Of a stretch of 64,000 bases of DNA, positions 32,979 to 44,693 are shown piece after piece. The stretch's first letter is position 1. Every line of letters starts with the position of its first letter. Position numbers and translations under genes: made by a program. Source of the stretch: an uncultured Bacteroidota bacterium (lineage in GTDB: Bacteria > Bacteroidota > Ignavibacteria > Palsa-1295); contig OY969726.1 of assembly GCA_963702215.1 (NCBI GenBank), positions 3,288,609 through 3,352,608 of the forward strand, in the 5' to 3' direction. The notes under the pieces are model-generated. The model was not told the DNA's origin, did not search any database, and was given only the letters and a program-made list of their open reading frames with translations.

Positions 32979-33590
32979 ATGCCAACTACTTCAAAATACA
33001 ACAACCCTGCGCGCAAGCGCAAGCTCACGTTTTGGGAGCAGCTTTATCTTCCCGAAATTTTTCGGGGGCTGTTCACGACGTTCAAGCATCTCTTCCGCCC
33101 GAAGTTTACACGGCAATACCCGGAAGAGCGGTGGGATCCGCCTGCGTCATTTCGCGGACGGCCCGTGCTCGTGATGGAGGATAACGGCGTCGAGCGCTGC
33201 GTGGCGTGCGGGCTATGCTCGCGGGTCTGCCCGCCGCTTGCCATCGAAGTGCGTGCGAGCGAAACGGAACTATTAAAGGAGCGATATCCGGTAGTCTTCG
33301 AAATCAACATGCTCCGTTGTATTTTCTGTGGTTATTGCGAGGAAGTTTGCCCCGAAGAAGCGATCATTATGAGCAAGGATTACGAGCTTTCCTTTCGCGA
33401 TCCCGCCGATGGCATTTTCGGGAAGGATAAACTGCTGGTTCCCAAAGGCGCAGCTTCAGGATCGGCTCGATTACCTCGCCAAGATGAGGAACTAATATCA
33501 TTCATGCGTGGGAGACGAACGAGTAACAAGTGCATCGCCGCGCGTGAGCTGCGATTGCGAAAGCGGGGAGTTGTGCAGCCGTTACTTTAG
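32979..33590 (+). CDS. nuoI: NADH-quinone oxidoreductase subunit I (two 4Fe-4S ferredoxin motifs)
   Basis: The internal start [30 protein letters not shown] follows the nuoH stop. Motifs [12 protein letters not shown] and [12 protein letters not shown]. There is an unusually long ~45 aa basic C-terminal tail. Confidence 0.8.
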   Translation: MPTTSKYNNPARKRKLTFWEQLYLPEIFRGLFTTFKHLFRPKFTRQYPEERWDPPASFRGRPVLVMEDNGVERCVACGLCSRVCPPLAIEVRASETELLKERYPVVFEINMLRCIFCGYCEEVCPEEAIIMSKDYELSFRDPADGIFGKDKLLVPKGAASGSARLPRQDEELISFMRGRRTSNKCIAARELRLRKRGVVQPLL

Positions 33591-35427
33591 AGCAGCGTTT
33601 TATCTCGTTTTTCTAAGCCTGTGTTTCTTTGGGGTTCCAGCGGCGAGGGCCTCCGGGGAAATCAATTTTGTACGCGCTCCATCGGAAATTCCTGCTGGCG
33701 ATGATATTACAATCGCCGTCTCCGCTTCCGCGCGTGAGGCAAATGTGGATCGCGCCATTGCCATAGAATTTCCATCGACATGGAAATTCAAGCGCGCATG
33801 GCGCGTTGAAGCGGGAAGTGACCACCCAGATAAACTCGTTCCATTTGGGGAAGTCCGATCGCTGCTCTCGGCGGAATCCGGCGAGGCGGTGATTGCACTC
33901 GCGGATTACACGCCGGATTTCGATCCCCGCGCTGCCGGAATTGGATATTTTGTCGTATTTTCAACGGCGGCATTACATCCGACCGATGCGCCGGCGATTG
34001 TCAAAGCGGCACTCGTTGAGCGGATTTCGCTCAATGCAATTCCGAAAGTTGATCCCAAGACGAAACGCCTGATCGAGGAAAATCACGATTGGAAAATGGT
34101 GTTCCCGCCACAACCAGACTTTTCCTTTGTTGCGATTGTGGGCAAAAGACTCCTCGCTTCCATCCGTGTGGAACCAACGCCGCGGGTGCAGCGGGCACTG
34201 ACGGTACAAGGCGGGCGTGGTGCATTCGCACCGATGGCAGGTCGCCCGGAACTGATTCATGCATTTTTCCTCCATCCTTTCAGCCTTCAATTCTGGTATC
34301 GGACCACTACCGCCTCCGAGACGCTTCTGAGCTTTCATTCCGCCGATTATGCAACGCTGCACCTTTCCGTGGGTCTTCTTGGGGAACTCCGCGTGATGGA
34401 TGGAACGAAAATAATCGCTGCGAGCCGTGCGATTACGAATGATGGCGCCTGGCATTATGCTGTTGTATCGGATGATTCGGTGGGCACCCTCCGACTTTTT
34501 GTGGACGATGAGGTTTCCGCGTTAGCGCACCACAGCGCGGCCCTCTTTCGAAATGTCAACGGCGTCAGCCTTGGTGATTCTTCCACCACGCAAAAAATGT
34601 TTTCCATCGACGAACTGCATTTCGTACGCGGCGCATATCGGGAACCAATCGAGTTTGAATCGCGGATGCTACTGGAGACTTCGGACAGCGCCCATCCCGC
34701 ATTCGCTCTCTTTCATTTCGACGAATACGGCTCGCGCACAAATTCTGCCGTGCCGGAAAGTGCCCCGATCTATTTTCCGCTCGATAGTTTCGTTTCGATT
34801 CGCGAAACGACCTCGCCCGTCGAGTTGGAACCGGTTACGCTGACGGCCGAGCTTCCATCGCCCTCCACGGTGCATCTGGAATGGTCGCGAACAAGCGAGC
34901 TTGGTGTAAAGGAATATCGGCTCGAGCTTCGGGTTGGCGCGTATGGCTCATTCGAGGCGTTCTCGACAGTACCAGCACGGCGCGGGGCGAAAACGCCACA
35001 ACGCGGCGAGCCGATCCTCGCATGGGTTAAGTATAGCACCATGGAGGAATTGCCTAAGATGAACGGCGATATCGACCTTTACTTTCGCGTTGTTGCCATC
35101 GGCTTCAACAAGCGGGATTCGCCTGAATACAGCCTGCCGGCAAAGATCGAGTATGCCTCCGACCGCGATGTGTTCGTGGAACAAAATGCTCCCGAACCGT
35201 TCCACGATACGACGACCATCGGATTTACACTCACGAGGCCGGAACTCGTGCGGCTATCCGTCTTCGATATGATCGGCCGCGAGATTGCCGCGCTGGCTAA
35301 CGAGAAGCTCGACCCGGGCCGGCATGCTTTTCTACTGAATGCGGCAGGGTGGCCGGATGGAATTTATTTTTATAAGGTCAAAACGTCGCGGGCTACGATC
35401 ACGCGGAAAATGACAGTGATTCAATGA
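33508..35427 (+). CDS. secreted LamG-like/fibronectin-like protein with a T9SS C-terminal sorting domain
   Basis: C-terminus ...[75 protein letters not shown]. LamG-like region ([14 protein letters not shown]). The listed ATG overlaps nuoI. A more plausible start is the TTG at about 33571, giving the signal peptide (M)[26 protein letters not shown]. Confidence 0.5.
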   Translation: MGDERVTSASPRVSCDCESGELCSRYFRAAFYLVFLSLCFFGVPAARASGEINFVRAPSEIPAGDDITIAVSASAREANVDRAIAIEFPSTWKFKRAWRVEAGSDHPDKLVPFGEVRSLLSAESGEAVIALADYTPDFDPRAAGIGYFVVFSTAALHPTDAPAIVKAALVERISLNAIPKVDPKTKRLIEENHDWKMVFPPQPDFSFVAIVGKRLLASIRVEPTPRVQRALTVQGGRGAFAPMAGRPELIHAFFLHPFSLQFWYRTTTASETLLSFHSADYATLHLSVGLLGELRVMDGTKIIAASRAITNDGAWHYAVVSDDSVGTLRLFVDDEVSALAHHSAALFRNVNGVSLGDSSTTQKMFSIDELHFVRGAYREPIEFESRMLLETSDSAHPAFALFHFDEYGSRTNSAVPESAPIYFPLDSFVSIRETTSPVELEPVTLTAELPSPSTVHLEWSRTSELGVKEYRLELRVGAYGSFEAFSTVPARRGAKTPQRGEPILAWVKYSTMEELPKMNGDIDLYFRVVAIGFNKRDSPEYSLPAKIEYASDRDVFVEQNAPEPFHDTTTIGFTLTRPELVRLSVFDMIGREIAALANEKLDPGRHAFLLNAAGWPDGIYFYKVKTSRATITRKMTVIQ

Positions 35428-35504
35428 AACGGGGAATGTGCCCGCATCGACGGTATGAGGAGTGGACGGATTTCGTCCATAGAGTGTTTAAATAACAGAA
35501 AGCT

Positions 35505-36476
35505 TTGGGAATGAATCAGCGTAATCCATCCAATCAGCACCCGGATTCGCTCCGCATCGTGTTTTTTGGGACGCCAGAATTTGCGGCATACATACTGCGC
35601 GATCTCACGCGGCATGGGGAGAATATTGTTACAGTGGTGACGACTCCGGATAAGCCGCAGGGCCGGGGAAGGAAAATGCGGGCGAGTGCTGTCAAAGAAG
35701 CGGCCATAGAACTCGGCATCCCGGTAATTTCGCCCGACAAGCATCGCGACCCGCAATTTCTGCAGGAATTGCGCGCGCTGGATGCGGACGTGTTCGTCGT
35801 CGTCGCCTATAAAATCCTTCCCAAAGAAGTTTTTGAAATTCCGCGTCTCGGTGCCTTCAATATTCACGCCTCGCTACTTCCAAAATATCGCGGGGCGGCA
35901 CCGATCAACTGGGCGATTATTAACGGAGAACACGAATCCGGGATTACCACTTTTCTGCTCGATGAGAAAGTGGATACCGGAAAAATGTTGATCGCTAAAT
36001 CCATCCCGATCGGCCAGGATGAAACCGCCGGCGAATTGCACGACCGTCTAATGCTGCTTGGAGCCGAAGCAGCCCTGGAAACGCTGCGCGCGCTTGCGAG
36101 CGGCACGCTCCAGCCCATCTCTCAACCGAATGAAGGAGTAACCCCGGCTCCAAAATTGTTTCCAAAAGATTGCGAAATCGACTTTAGCAGGCCGGCTCGG
36201 GAAGTCCATAATTTCACTCGCGGACTTTCGCCGCAACCTGGCGCGACCGCCGTGGTGAATGGAACGCGACTCAAAATACTCCGAACTCGGCTCGTCATGG
36301 ACGAGCGAATCAAGATTTCCGCCGGCACGTGGGACGTTTCTTCGGATGGAACGCGACTCTGTGCAGGCACGCTGGATGGTGCCATCGAAATCCTGGAACT
36401 CCAGCGTGAAGGGAAGCGAGCCATGACCTCCGAAGAGTTCCTGCGCGGGAATGCTGACCTCTTTCGCACTTCATAA
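35505..36476 (+). CDS. fmt: methionyl-tRNA formyltransferase
   Basis: LRIVFFGTPEFAAYILRDL..., formyltransferase core, and C-terminal domain. Confidence 0.85.
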   Translation: MGMNQRNPSNQHPDSLRIVFFGTPEFAAYILRDLTRHGENIVTVVTTPDKPQGRGRKMRASAVKEAAIELGIPVISPDKHRDPQFLQELRALDADVFVVVAYKILPKEVFEIPRLGAFNIHASLLPKYRGAAPINWAIINGEHESGITTFLLDEKVDTGKMLIAKSIPIGQDETAGELHDRLMLLGAEAALETLRALASGTLQPISQPNEGVTPAPKLFPKDCEIDFSRPAREVHNFTRGLSPQPGATAVVNGTRLKILRTRLVMDERIKISAGTWDVSSDGTRLCAGTLDGAIEILELQREGKRAMTSEEFLRGNADLFRTS

Positions 36477-36500
36477 TTCATATTTCATACTTTCCCCGAA

Positions 36501-37301
36501 ATGCTTCCACTCAAAGATTACCCTTTCGCCGCGCGGCCATTGATCGTGGCGCATCGCGGCGACACCTCCTTGGGCGCGCCCGGCAACAGCCTCGATGCCA
36601 TTGCTTCCGCGCTCGTTTCCGGCGCGGACATGATCGAACTCAATATCCAGCTTACCGAAGATCACGAATTTGTCTGTTATCACGATGAGGCTCATCCCGG
36701 GCTTGGTGTACCCCTTTATCGATCTATTTTTCCTGAGCTTAAAGCGAAGGGCGTTGCTTCCCTCACCGAGGTGCTGACCCTTGGGAAGAACCGGGTCTAT
36801 TTCAATCTCGAGGTGAAAGACTATTCCGACCGGGATCCAAAGCTTTACATGCACGCGCTCGTGCAGTTGCTGACGGAACTGAAGTGGGATCAATTCGTGC
36901 TTCTTTCCTCCTTTCGACCCGATTATCTTCGCGAGGCAGGCTGGACGATTCCGACTTGCATCATTCATCCGGACGAAGCGACGCGGGAACTGCTTGCATT
37001 CCGTTCGTACGGCGAACCGGTCGTCTTCGATCGCCCGATCGCGAGTTATCTTCCATCCGAGCTGATGGAGATCGCCCGTTCGACCGGCTATGCCTGCCAG
37101 CTTTCGGAACTTACACCGGATGCGCTCGCGGAGATCGAGAGGAAGAATATCTTCCTCGGGATTTATCCAATCGCGACGGAACTCGAATTCGATCAAGCCG
37201 TGGCGCGTGGCGCGCGCGCGCTCGTTTGCGAGCGGCCTCGAGAATTCGCGGAGCTTCGAAACGCTCGCTTTCCTTCATCGCAAACGATGCCGCGCGGATA
37301 A
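36501..37301 (+). CDS. glycerophosphodiester phosphodiesterase family protein
   Basis: [50 protein letters not shown] matches the GP-PDE signature. Confidence 0.7.
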   Translation: MLPLKDYPFAARPLIVAHRGDTSLGAPGNSLDAIASALVSGADMIELNIQLTEDHEFVCYHDEAHPGLGVPLYRSIFPELKAKGVASLTEVLTLGKNRVYFNLEVKDYSDRDPKLYMHALVQLLTELKWDQFVLLSSFRPDYLREAGWTIPTCIIHPDEATRELLAFRSYGEPVVFDRPIASYLPSELMEIARSTGYACQLSELTPDALAEIERKNIFLGIYPIATELEFDQAVARGARALVCERPREFAELRNARFPSSQTMPRG

Positions 37302-37306
37302 CGGCG

Positions 37307-39313
37307 ATGGCTGGCACATTCACGAATCGCCTCGAGGGCGAGAAATCGCCGTACTTGCAGCAGCATGCGCACAATCCGGTAGCTTGGTTCCCGTGGGGCG
37401 AAGAAGCATTCGAAAAAGCTCGCTCGGAGGAGAAGCCGATTTTTCTCTCGATTGGGTATAGCACGTGCCACTGGTGCCATGTCATGGAACGGGAGAGCTT
37501 CGAGGATGAAGCGATAGCGGAGTTCCTCAACGCGCATTTTGTATCTATCAAAGTGGATCGAGAAGAGCGGCCGGATGTCGATCAAGTGTATATGTCGATC
37601 GTTCAGGCGATGACGGGTTCCGGCGGCTGGCCGATGTCACTCTTCCTTACACCTGAGCTACGGCCCTTCTTTGCCGGCACCTATTTCCCGCCGGTTTCCA
37701 TGCATGGCCGACCCAGTTTTTCGCAGCTCCTTGAACGGATTCACGAGCTGTGGTTACGCGAGCGCAGCGCCCTCGTGGAGTCGAGCGTGCAAATCACACA
37801 GGCTTTGAATCAACAAACGGCAAGTCGCGCCGGAGGCACTGATATGCGCAGTGCTATCGAAACCACGTATCGCTATTTCGAGCAGGCGTTTGACCGCACC
37901 GAAGGAGGATTCGGTGGCGCGCCGAAATTTCCGAGGCCCTCCCAATTCGATTTTCTCTTTAACGATTTTGCAGAATTCGGCAATACGCGCGCGCGTGAGA
38001 TGGCCCTCCATACGCTTCGCAAAATGGCGCACGGTGGAATCCACGATCACCTGGGTGGAGGGTTCCACCGCTACTCGGTGGATCGCTATTGGCGGATTTC
38101 GCATTTCGAAAAGATGCTCTACGACCAGGCGCAACTGCTTCATTCTTATCTCGATGCCTGGCAAATAACACACGATGATTTTTTTGCCGATGTCGCCCGA
38201 GCTATTTGCGAGTATGTCCTCCGGGACATGACGCATGATGGCGGCGCGTTCTTCAGCGCCGAAGATGCCGATTCGGAAGGCGAGGAGGGAAAGTTCTATG
38301 TGTGGGACCTCGCCGAAATTGAGGAACTTCTGGGTGAAGATGCCGCAGCCTTCGCAAAGTACTACGGGGTTACAAAAGAAGGCAATTTCGAAGATGGCAA
38401 AAATGTCCTCTACATCTCCGACCCGTCCCTCGCTTCCCCAAAGTCCTTGCCGTCCCTTAAATCCAAACTTCTGAAGATTCGCGAAAAACGTGTTCGCCCA
38501 CTGAGGGATGAAAAAGTTCTCACATCCTGGAACGGCCTCATGCTCGGCGCAATGGCGCGCGCAGGAAATATTCTGGAAGCGCCGCGCTACATCGAAGCTG
38601 CGCGCCGTGCCGGGGAATTCGTCTGGCACGCGCTTCGCCCAAATGGAGCGCTGCTCCATCGCTGGAGCGATCGCGATGAACATTCACACGCCGAGGCGCG
38701 ATTTGCCGCTGGCCTCGACGATTTCGCATTCCTCATTAAAGGCTATCTCGAACTTTACGAGGCAACGTTCGACACCTTCTGGATTCAGCGCGCCATGGAA
38801 CTGCAATTAGAACAAGATGAAGCGCTCTATGACTCGAGCAACGGCGCCTATTTTGATGCAAGTGCAGCGCCCGATCTCATCCTTCGCATGAAGAACGAGT
38901 ACGATGGCGCGGAGCCAAGCGGGAACTCGATCTCGGCGCAAAATTTATCTAAACTTGCAGTACTGACAGAGAATCCGGCCTACCGGGATCGCGCCGCACA
39001 AGTGCTGGAGTATTTTCTGGCCAGGATTGGTACGCATCCGTTCGCTATGCCGGAAATGCTCGCTGCGGCGTTCTGGTCGCTTCGAAGTCCCATGCAAATT
39101 GTTTTCGCCGGTGAAAATATTGCTCCGCTCAAAAAAGTGGTGAACGCAAAATATCTTCCAACGAGTGTACCCGGGCTCGCCTCGGATTCCGTTGGGGAGT
39201 TCGCGAAGTCATTGGCTTCCAAGAACGGCAAAGCGACAGCTTATGTCTGCCATGATTTCACCTGCGAATTGCCGATTAGTGAATCGGCAGAATTGGAAAA
39301 ATTACTCGCTTAA
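37307..39313 (+). CDS. thioredoxin-domain (DUF255/YyaL-like) protein with a C-terminal (alpha/alpha)6 N-acylglucosamine-epimerase-like domain
   Basis: The internal start [38 protein letters not shown]...[16 protein letters not shown] follows the stop of the preceding gene. The listed ORF start at 36884 is in another frame relative to that gene. Confidence 0.75.
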   Translation: MAGTFTNRLEGEKSPYLQQHAHNPVAWFPWGEEAFEKARSEEKPIFLSIGYSTCHWCHVMERESFEDEAIAEFLNAHFVSIKVDREERPDVDQVYMSIVQAMTGSGGWPMSLFLTPELRPFFAGTYFPPVSMHGRPSFSQLLERIHELWLRERSALVESSVQITQALNQQTASRAGGTDMRSAIETTYRYFEQAFDRTEGGFGGAPKFPRPSQFDFLFNDFAEFGNTRAREMALHTLRKMAHGGIHDHLGGGFHRYSVDRYWRISHFEKMLYDQAQLLHSYLDAWQITHDDFFADVARAICEYVLRDMTHDGGAFFSAEDADSEGEEGKFYVWDLAEIEELLGEDAAAFAKYYGVTKEGNFEDGKNVLYISDPSLASPKSLPSLKSKLLKIREKRVRPLRDEKVLTSWNGLMLGAMARAGNILEAPRYIEAARRAGEFVWHALRPNGALLHRWSDRDEHSHAEARFAAGLDDFAFLIKGYLELYEATFDTFWIQRAMELQLEQDEALYDSSNGAYFDASAAPDLILRMKNEYDGAEPSGNSISAQNLSKLAVLTENPAYRDRAAQVLEYFLARIGTHPFAMPEMLAAAFWSLRSPMQIVFAGENIAPLKKVVNAKYLPTSVPGLASDSVGEFAKSLASKNGKATAYVCHDFTCELPISESAELEKLLA

Positions 39314-40948
39314 TCGATAAAGCTTCAGCGTATCCATTCCCTGCCGGAGCAATTCGCCCATGCTTGCGTCATAAGTTCGGCCATCGTCATAGAAAAATCC
39401 GATCGCTGTGTCGCGGATGGTTCCGATCGAATCCAGCACTTGCGGCAAAAGCGCTCGTCCCGGTTCGAAAGGTGCGCCAACCGGACTGGAACGGAGGATT
39501 ACGTAGTCGATCTTGTTCGACCGAAGTTTTTGAACGAGCGCATCCGCTTCGTGGGGCGGCTGGAACATATCGAGCGTAAGGTCTTTGCGCGAGGTATCCG
39601 TAAGCGCGCGATCCAACCCCGCAACATCGAGCAGGACGCGACTTTTTCGCGGCGCGGAAATGCTTGCTTCGTTTAGGAACTTTGTGATGGCCCCCCTTTG
39701 ATCGCGCGCGATGGCCTGGCCGAGCGGCCCGTTCGGAATCGCGCTTCGCCCACCAAGCGCGATGGCAATAGCGAAGAGGACGAGCGTCGCGTATCTGGTG
39801 GGCCATTTAGCTTGCAATCTGGAGAATGCAAGCGCCCCCGCGATTGCCATCATTGGAATAATGTGAAAGAGATAATAAGGCCGGGCGCCCTCGGTAAGTA
39901 ACCATGTGAGGGTGCAGAATGCAGCAGCGGCGAACCAAAATCTGCGTTTGGTTGGGCCCGGCTGGACCAATCGACCAATTTTTCTCTGCCTGGAGAGAAG
40001 ATAAATGATTCCCAGAAGAATGGTGCCGCAAACGATAACTAGAATTCCCGGCGCATCGCGCCCGAAAAGATGGAACCGTTCGACGAGATTCGAAACCTGC
40101 ACGTTCCGCGAAAACGGGCGAAGAAGGGGAATCTGATTTAGCACAAAGCTATAACTACCCTCGCTTCCGCCGCTGCCGAAGAGTGAAAATTCGTGAGCGC
40201 TCGCCCCATACGCAATCGAAAGAATTACTGCGCCAATGACGGAGCCTGTGAGCCAGTACCCTCCGTGCGAGGGTTGCTTCCAAACTCTCTTCTCAAATAG
40301 GAACGCTAACGATGCGGCAAGGCCGAGCAGCAGCATGTGCCGCGAGAAGCAAATCATTATTGCGCCGACAAGGCCGATGATTCCCATGCGCCAATGGGAA
40401 GGATTGTTTTCCCGCGAAAGAAAATAGCAAAACCAAATGAGTGTAAGGCCCGTGAGCAAATCGTATCGCGCGGAGTGCATGGCCCATAGGAATCCCCGAC
40501 AAGCGACAACCAACAGCACTGTAAGCGCCGACAAAAGTGGAGGAACTTTCAGCTTCCGCGAAATAAAGTAAATGCTTGCGAGGAGGATGAACGCAAGAAT
40601 AGCTGTAACCCCCCGCCCCACACTAACAAAATCATGAGCAGGGAAGAGCAACGTTCCGGGTAGGCCATAGATCATGGCATCGACCCACATGCTTCCGGCC
40701 AGTACGCCGTCGGTGCGTCTAGGCCCGCCAAAGGATTCTGGATAGGACATCGCGCCGTACTCGATCTGGTTCCCAAACTCTCGCATGAGCCACGTCTCGT
40801 CGCCGCCCCAGCGAACCGAATCGAAGACGGGAACAGTATAAAGGGAACGGAGCTGTAAGGCGAAAATGACGAGCGCCGCCGCAAGTACAAGCAACGCGCC
40901 GATTGACTCGAGGCGGATCGGGAGAGAACGCATCTCCAAAATTAACAT
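39302..40948 (-). CDS. multi-pass membrane protein, possibly a GT39/GT83-like (ArnT/PMT-type) glycosyltransferase
   Basis: The ORF is listed to 41461 but its first ~170 codons are antisense to the divergent acyltransferase gene. The likely start is [26 protein letters not shown]. About 10 TM helices, then a periplasmic C-terminal domain. Confidence 0.35.
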   Translation of the reverse strand: MLILEMRSLPIRLESIGALLVLAAALVIFALQLRSLYTVPVFDSVRWGGDETWLMREFGNQIEYGAMSYPESFGGPRRTDGVLAGSMWVDAMIYGLPGTLLFPAHDFVSVGRGVTAILAFILLASIYFISRKLKVPPLLSALTVLLVVACRGFLWAMHSARYDLLTGLTLIWFCYFLSRENNPSHWRMGIIGLVGAIMICFSRHMLLLGLAASLAFLFEKRVWKQPSHGGYWLTGSVIGAVILSIAYGASAHEFSLFGSGGSEGSYSFVLNQIPLLRPFSRNVQVSNLVERFHLFGRDAPGILVIVCGTILLGIIYLLSRQRKIGRLVQPGPTKRRFWFAAAAFCTLTWLLTEGARPYYLFHIIPMMAIAGALAFSRLQAKWPTRYATLVLFAIAIALGGRSAIPNGPLGQAIARDQRGAITKFLNEASISAPRKSRVLLDVAGLDRALTDTSRKDLTLDMFQPPHEADALVQKLRSNKIDYVILRSSPVGAPFEPGRALLPQVLDSIGTIRDTAIGFFYDDGRTYDASMGELLRQGMDTLKLYRLSE

Positions 40949-41020
40949 GCTTTCGGTACGGAAAGTTGGATATCGCAGCCGGAACCGAAAGCTTCGCGAA
41001 TGCACTTTTGGAGGCGAACG

Positions 41021-42208
41021 ATGCCCACCGCGCCTCCGCAACAATCCGCTTACGACCGTTTCCGCCGAACGAAGTACTTTTCTTCGCTCGATGGCTTGCG
41101 CGCGATCAGCATTCTCGCGGTTATGTGGTATCATGCGCCAGAACTCCGCCCGATCTGGCGAACCGGCTTTCTCGGAGTCCATCTGTTTTTCGTCATCAGC
41201 GGATTTCTGATCACGACAATTCTGCTCCGCGAAAAATCTGATTATGGTCGCATTTCGCTGAAGAATTTCTACATACGCCGCACGCTTCGCATTTTCCCGG
41301 CCTATTATCTCACGCTTGGGCTGTTCCTGGCAGCGTGCCTTGCTACTGTGGAACTTCGCGGCGCGCCGTTCGCTATTTATCTGCACAATCTGCCCTCGTT
41401 CCTCACCTATACCTCGAACTGGTTTGTGTTTCCGGGAGGGTGGTCGCCGGCGAATCCTCACGGGCGGGTGGTTTTTGTAGCGGCATGGTCACTTGCGACG
41501 GAAGAGCAGTTCTATCTTTTCTGGCCGTGGATCGTAGCCTTTACCCGCCGTTGGTTTACTCCCGTCATCGTAATGATTTTGCTCATTGCGGCAAATGAGC
41601 TTATCAAGCTTCGCGATGGCTACTCCTTTTTTCTGACGGGGTTTCCGCTCCCGATCATCATCATCAACAGTGTCGCGACAGCGATTTGCTTAGGCTGCCT
41701 CGCCGCGTATGCCTTGCACCATAAAAAAAGTTTTCGTTTTGCGTGGCGCATCTTTGGGCAGCGTTGGAGTGCTCCGATTTTTATGGCGCTCATGGTCTTG
41801 GTTTGCACCGTTCCGAACGAGGCGTTGCTCTATGTTGGCCGGATGTTCTATATTTGTATCGCCATGACTTTCGCGGTGATCGCGTGTTCGATTCGCGGCG
41901 ATCACGCGCTGGTTCCCGCACTCTCGAATCGAGTCATCCGCTATATTGGGAGCATCAGCTATGGGATGTATCTCTTCCATCCGTTCGGCATCAATCTGAC
42001 GGACAAGTTCTTCGCGTTCTCAAAAAGCTGGCCGGCTCTGCAATTCCTGTTCATCGTCGGAATCACGATGGCAATTGCCTCACTCAGCTATTGGACGTAC
42101 GAGCGATTTTTCTTGAATCTAAAGGCTAAATTTACCGCGGGCCGCGCCGCGCCGAGTGCGAAGCTGGAACCTTTGCCCGCTATTGTGCCCGCCGCTATCG
42201 AAGAATGA
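41021..42208 (+). CDS. acyltransferase family 3 (membrane O-acyltransferase)
   Basis: LDGLRAISILAVMWYHA...GVHLFFVISGFLITTILL matches the acyltransferase_3 signature. Confidence 0.75.
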   Translation: MPTAPPQQSAYDRFRRTKYFSSLDGLRAISILAVMWYHAPELRPIWRTGFLGVHLFFVISGFLITTILLREKSDYGRISLKNFYIRRTLRIFPAYYLTLGLFLAACLATVELRGAPFAIYLHNLPSFLTYTSNWFVFPGGWSPANPHGRVVFVAAWSLATEEQFYLFWPWIVAFTRRWFTPVIVMILLIAANELIKLRDGYSFFLTGFPLPIIIINSVATAICLGCLAAYALHHKKSFRFAWRIFGQRWSAPIFMALMVLVCTVPNEALLYVGRMFYICIAMTFAVIACSIRGDHALVPALSNRVIRYIGSISYGMYLFHPFGINLTDKFFAFSKSWPALQFLFIVGITMAIASLSYWTYERFFLNLKAKFTAGRAAPSAKLEPLPAIVPAAIEE

Positions 42209-44108
42209 CGAGATTGCGATCCACTACGACAACGCCGCTTTGGATCACGACGTGATACACGCCTGCCGGGAGCAGATGAATATCGAGCGAAATGGAATTC
42301 GCGCCGCTCGGCTGGATAGATTCATCGTGGCTCAGGACTTCATTCCCTTTTAGATCGAAGAGGCGAATACGCGCGGTGCGCGCTGCGCTCGAAGAGATGT
42401 TCATGGTGATGGCGTTCCCGCTCGCGGGGTCCGGATCAATCGCGCCGACACTGAATTCATCCGCATCGATGGCCCGCACCGACTCTTGTCCCGCAGCCGG
42501 TGCCGTTAGCGGGCCGGCAACATAGGCGAAAATATCGCCATCGTGGTAGCTGGGCTGGCGGTTTTCCGTCCAACTCGCGACGAAGTAGCTGCCGTAAGCA
42601 TCACTTGTAGCATAATCGCCAACGAAATCCCCGCCCTCCGCCGTGACGGTCAGAGGATTGAATAAATCAGAGCCCATTGTATTCAGTGTGGCGGGCGAAT
42701 TGTAGTTACACCAAACAGCGCGTGACTTCACGTTCAGTACCGTATCCTCCTCCGAGCTGCTCATCGAAATATACGCGGAATGCGTAACCGGGTCGATCGC
42801 CACCCACGGCATGTAGTGATCGTTGTTGATGCTTGACCTTGTGCCGATTTGTGCCGGAGCGCTCCAATCCTTGCCCAAATCGGTGGAACTAATCTCGTAC
42901 AACGCCGCGTCGGCGTTGAATTCGTCGTAGGTTCCATAGACGGCACGGATGGTGTTGCCAGAATCCACATCGAAGCAAGGATACGGCGAGGCGCGGAATC
43001 CATTCGGCCCTTTCAATCCGTTACGGCCCTGGTCGATCGGCGGAAAATCGGTGAAGGCATGCATCGGATAATCCTGAAACGTGGCGCCACCATCGGTAGA
43101 AATGCTCATTCCTTCGCTCTTGTCCGTAACCGTGGAATCGGTAATCGTTCCATAGTAGTGCATCGATGCGATGAACGCCGTTCCATGCTGGCCGACTCGC
43201 AGCAGTGCAAAATCGCCATAATAGGTGGAAAAAGGCATGGGCGAGGACCACGTCACGCCATGATCGTCGCTGTGGGCAACATAATGGATGGCAGAGTCCG
43301 CCAGAGTATTTCCTGTGTTATCATACTCGGTCCATGCGATATAGAGCCGGCCGTGATAGGGACTCGAGGGATCGTTGTCCACCGCGATGGTTTCCTTGTC
43401 TTCGAAGGCATTATTATTTTGATTCCCAACGACAGGGTTCCCAAGCGTCCAGTGTATGCCATCGGTGCTGTGCGCAACCATCAGATCGGAATATCCACCC
43501 AGTTCCGGATACATCAGGAACGAATAGTAGAACATGCCGGCATCATTGCAGACGATCATCGGGTCGCCCCATTCCTCCGCACCGGGATCGTTGGTTGCCA
43601 GCGGCAAGCGGTACGTTTTCCAGGTAAAGCCGCCATCCGACGTGAGGTAGGCGGGCATGCCCAGCGTATTCATGCCTGTTGCTTGACCATTCGATTTCAT
43701 TTCGAGATCGTTGGCGCCAGCGACGATCAGATTCGGGTTCCTGCGGTTAATCGCGATGCTCGGTTCGTCCTCATCCTCGATGGAGCGGCTAATATCAGTG
43801 TGAATATTGGTGTCGATCGATTGAACGGTAGCATCGTTCTTACCATGATTGGCATTGCCGGAACCGTAGCCCAACCCGAGCGCGAGCGCCGCCTTGCAAT
43901 TGATCCATCGCGAAAATCCATCGCAGGCATGGTAAAGCGTCAGTCCATGTGGGTAAGCCGCAAGCTCCTTTTGCACCTGCGCCTGGAACGCGGAATCCGC
44001 GCCACTTGGCGCGATGCCAGCCGCCGTGCGGCTTTGCGCGCGAGTTCCGGGCGAATAAAGCGTGACTGCCGCAAGAAAAACGGCAACCGAGAAGCGAAGA
44101 CTTTTCAT
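42195..44108 (-). CDS. secreted BNR/Asp-box repeat (sialidase/sortilin-like) protein with a T9SS C-terminal sorting domain
   Basis: Signal peptide MKSLRFSVAVFLAAVTLYSPGTRAQ. Asp-box motifs STDGIHWT, SDDHGVTWS, STDGGATF, STDLGKDWS. C-terminal T9SS domain ...RIRLFDLKGNEVLSHD...AGVYHVVIQSGVVVVDRNLVILR. Confidence 0.6.
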   Translation of the reverse strand: MKSLRFSVAVFLAAVTLYSPGTRAQSRTAAGIAPSGADSAFQAQVQKELAAYPHGLTLYHACDGFSRWINCKAALALGLGYGSGNANHGKNDATVQSIDTNIHTDISRSIEDEDEPSIAINRRNPNLIVAGANDLEMKSNGQATGMNTLGMPAYLTSDGGFTWKTYRLPLATNDPGAEEWGDPMIVCNDAGMFYYSFLMYPELGGYSDLMVAHSTDGIHWTLGNPVVGNQNNNAFEDKETIAVDNDPSSPYHGRLYIAWTEYDNTGNTLADSAIHYVAHSDDHGVTWSSPMPFSTYYGDFALLRVGQHGTAFIASMHYYGTITDSTVTDKSEGMSISTDGGATFQDYPMHAFTDFPPIDQGRNGLKGPNGFRASPYPCFDVDSGNTIRAVYGTYDEFNADAALYEISSTDLGKDWSAPAQIGTRSSINNDHYMPWVAIDPVTHSAYISMSSSEEDTVLNVKSRAVWCNYNSPATLNTMGSDLFNPLTVTAEGGDFVGDYATSDAYGSYFVASWTENRQPSYHDGDIFAYVAGPLTAPAAGQESVRAIDADEFSVGAIDPDPASGNAITMNISSSAARTARIRLFDLKGNEVLSHDESIQPSGANSISLDIHLLPAGVYHVVIQSGVVVVDRNLVILR

Positions 44109-44394
44109 GTTCGTTTGAAAAAAGTGAAACCCTCTAAATAGAAGACCCGCGAAACGGCAAAAGGTAACAGCCTTTTCGAAGAATTATTCCCTGAAAATGA
44201 AGCAGCGTTCATGCCGCCCAGTGCCGGAGGCACGCAGTAGCCCCGAAGGGGGGAAGTACCCGCAGCCCAGAGCCTGCCCTCGACCCGATCGCGGGTGGAA
44301 CGAAGTGGAACCCTGGGTACGCAAAGCCATCATAACCCGTTAGCCCTGCAAGGGCGATGTACGCCGATTCAGTCCCGTTAGGGACGGCATATTC

Positions 44395-44567
44395 GTAGCC
44401 CAGTGCGTAAGCGCTGGGATTGGGATTGAAAAAAGATTCCATAGCTCCGTAGGAGCGATATATTCCCCGCGTGATAATATGCCGCTCCTACGGAGCTTGG
44501 GATTCTTTGGCTTTTCGCAACCCAGCGCTTACGCACTGGGCTACGAATATTGCACTCCTACGGAGCT
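44395..44567. repeat. large nested inverted repeat (~65-nt arms) immediately after the last small ORF of the island
   Basis: Arm 1 at 44395..44457 consists of block A (GTAGCCCAGTGCGTAAGCGCTGGG), a spacer, then block B (AGCTCCGTAGGAGCG). Arm 2 at 44483..44544 is its reverse complement, with blocks A and B perfect and the middle divergent. A third B-like copy lies at 44553..44567. Confidence 0.6.
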
Positions 44568-44693
44568 GGGATTCGTTCCCCCCACAATCCTGATTTCCTC
44601 CGCGCTTAAACCGTAAAGCTGATAGACGAGTGTATCGATCTCCGCACGCGCGCCCGCGATCTGTCGGGTGAGGAGGGTGCGATCAGACATGCA
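44541..44693 (-). other. 50-aa ORF that consists only of the conserved C-terminal tail of a Type II/IIG N6-adenine methyltransferase (remnant)
   Basis: MSDRTLLTRQIAGARAEIDTLVYQLYGLSAEEIRIVGGTNPSSVGVQYS. It is about 80% identical at the nucleotide level to the 3' end of the R-M gene at 45751..45860. Its ATG overlaps the stop of the 203-aa ORF (ATGTCTGA). Confidence 0.4.

Noticed and set aside
44209-44442. 77-aa - strand ORF in the GC-rich region upstream of the BNR gene
   Set aside because: It starts inside the palindrome arm, has no SD or signal, and is Gly/Ala/Pro-rich, as expected for a GC-rich non-coding frame. The region more likely holds promoter or structured-RNA sequence.
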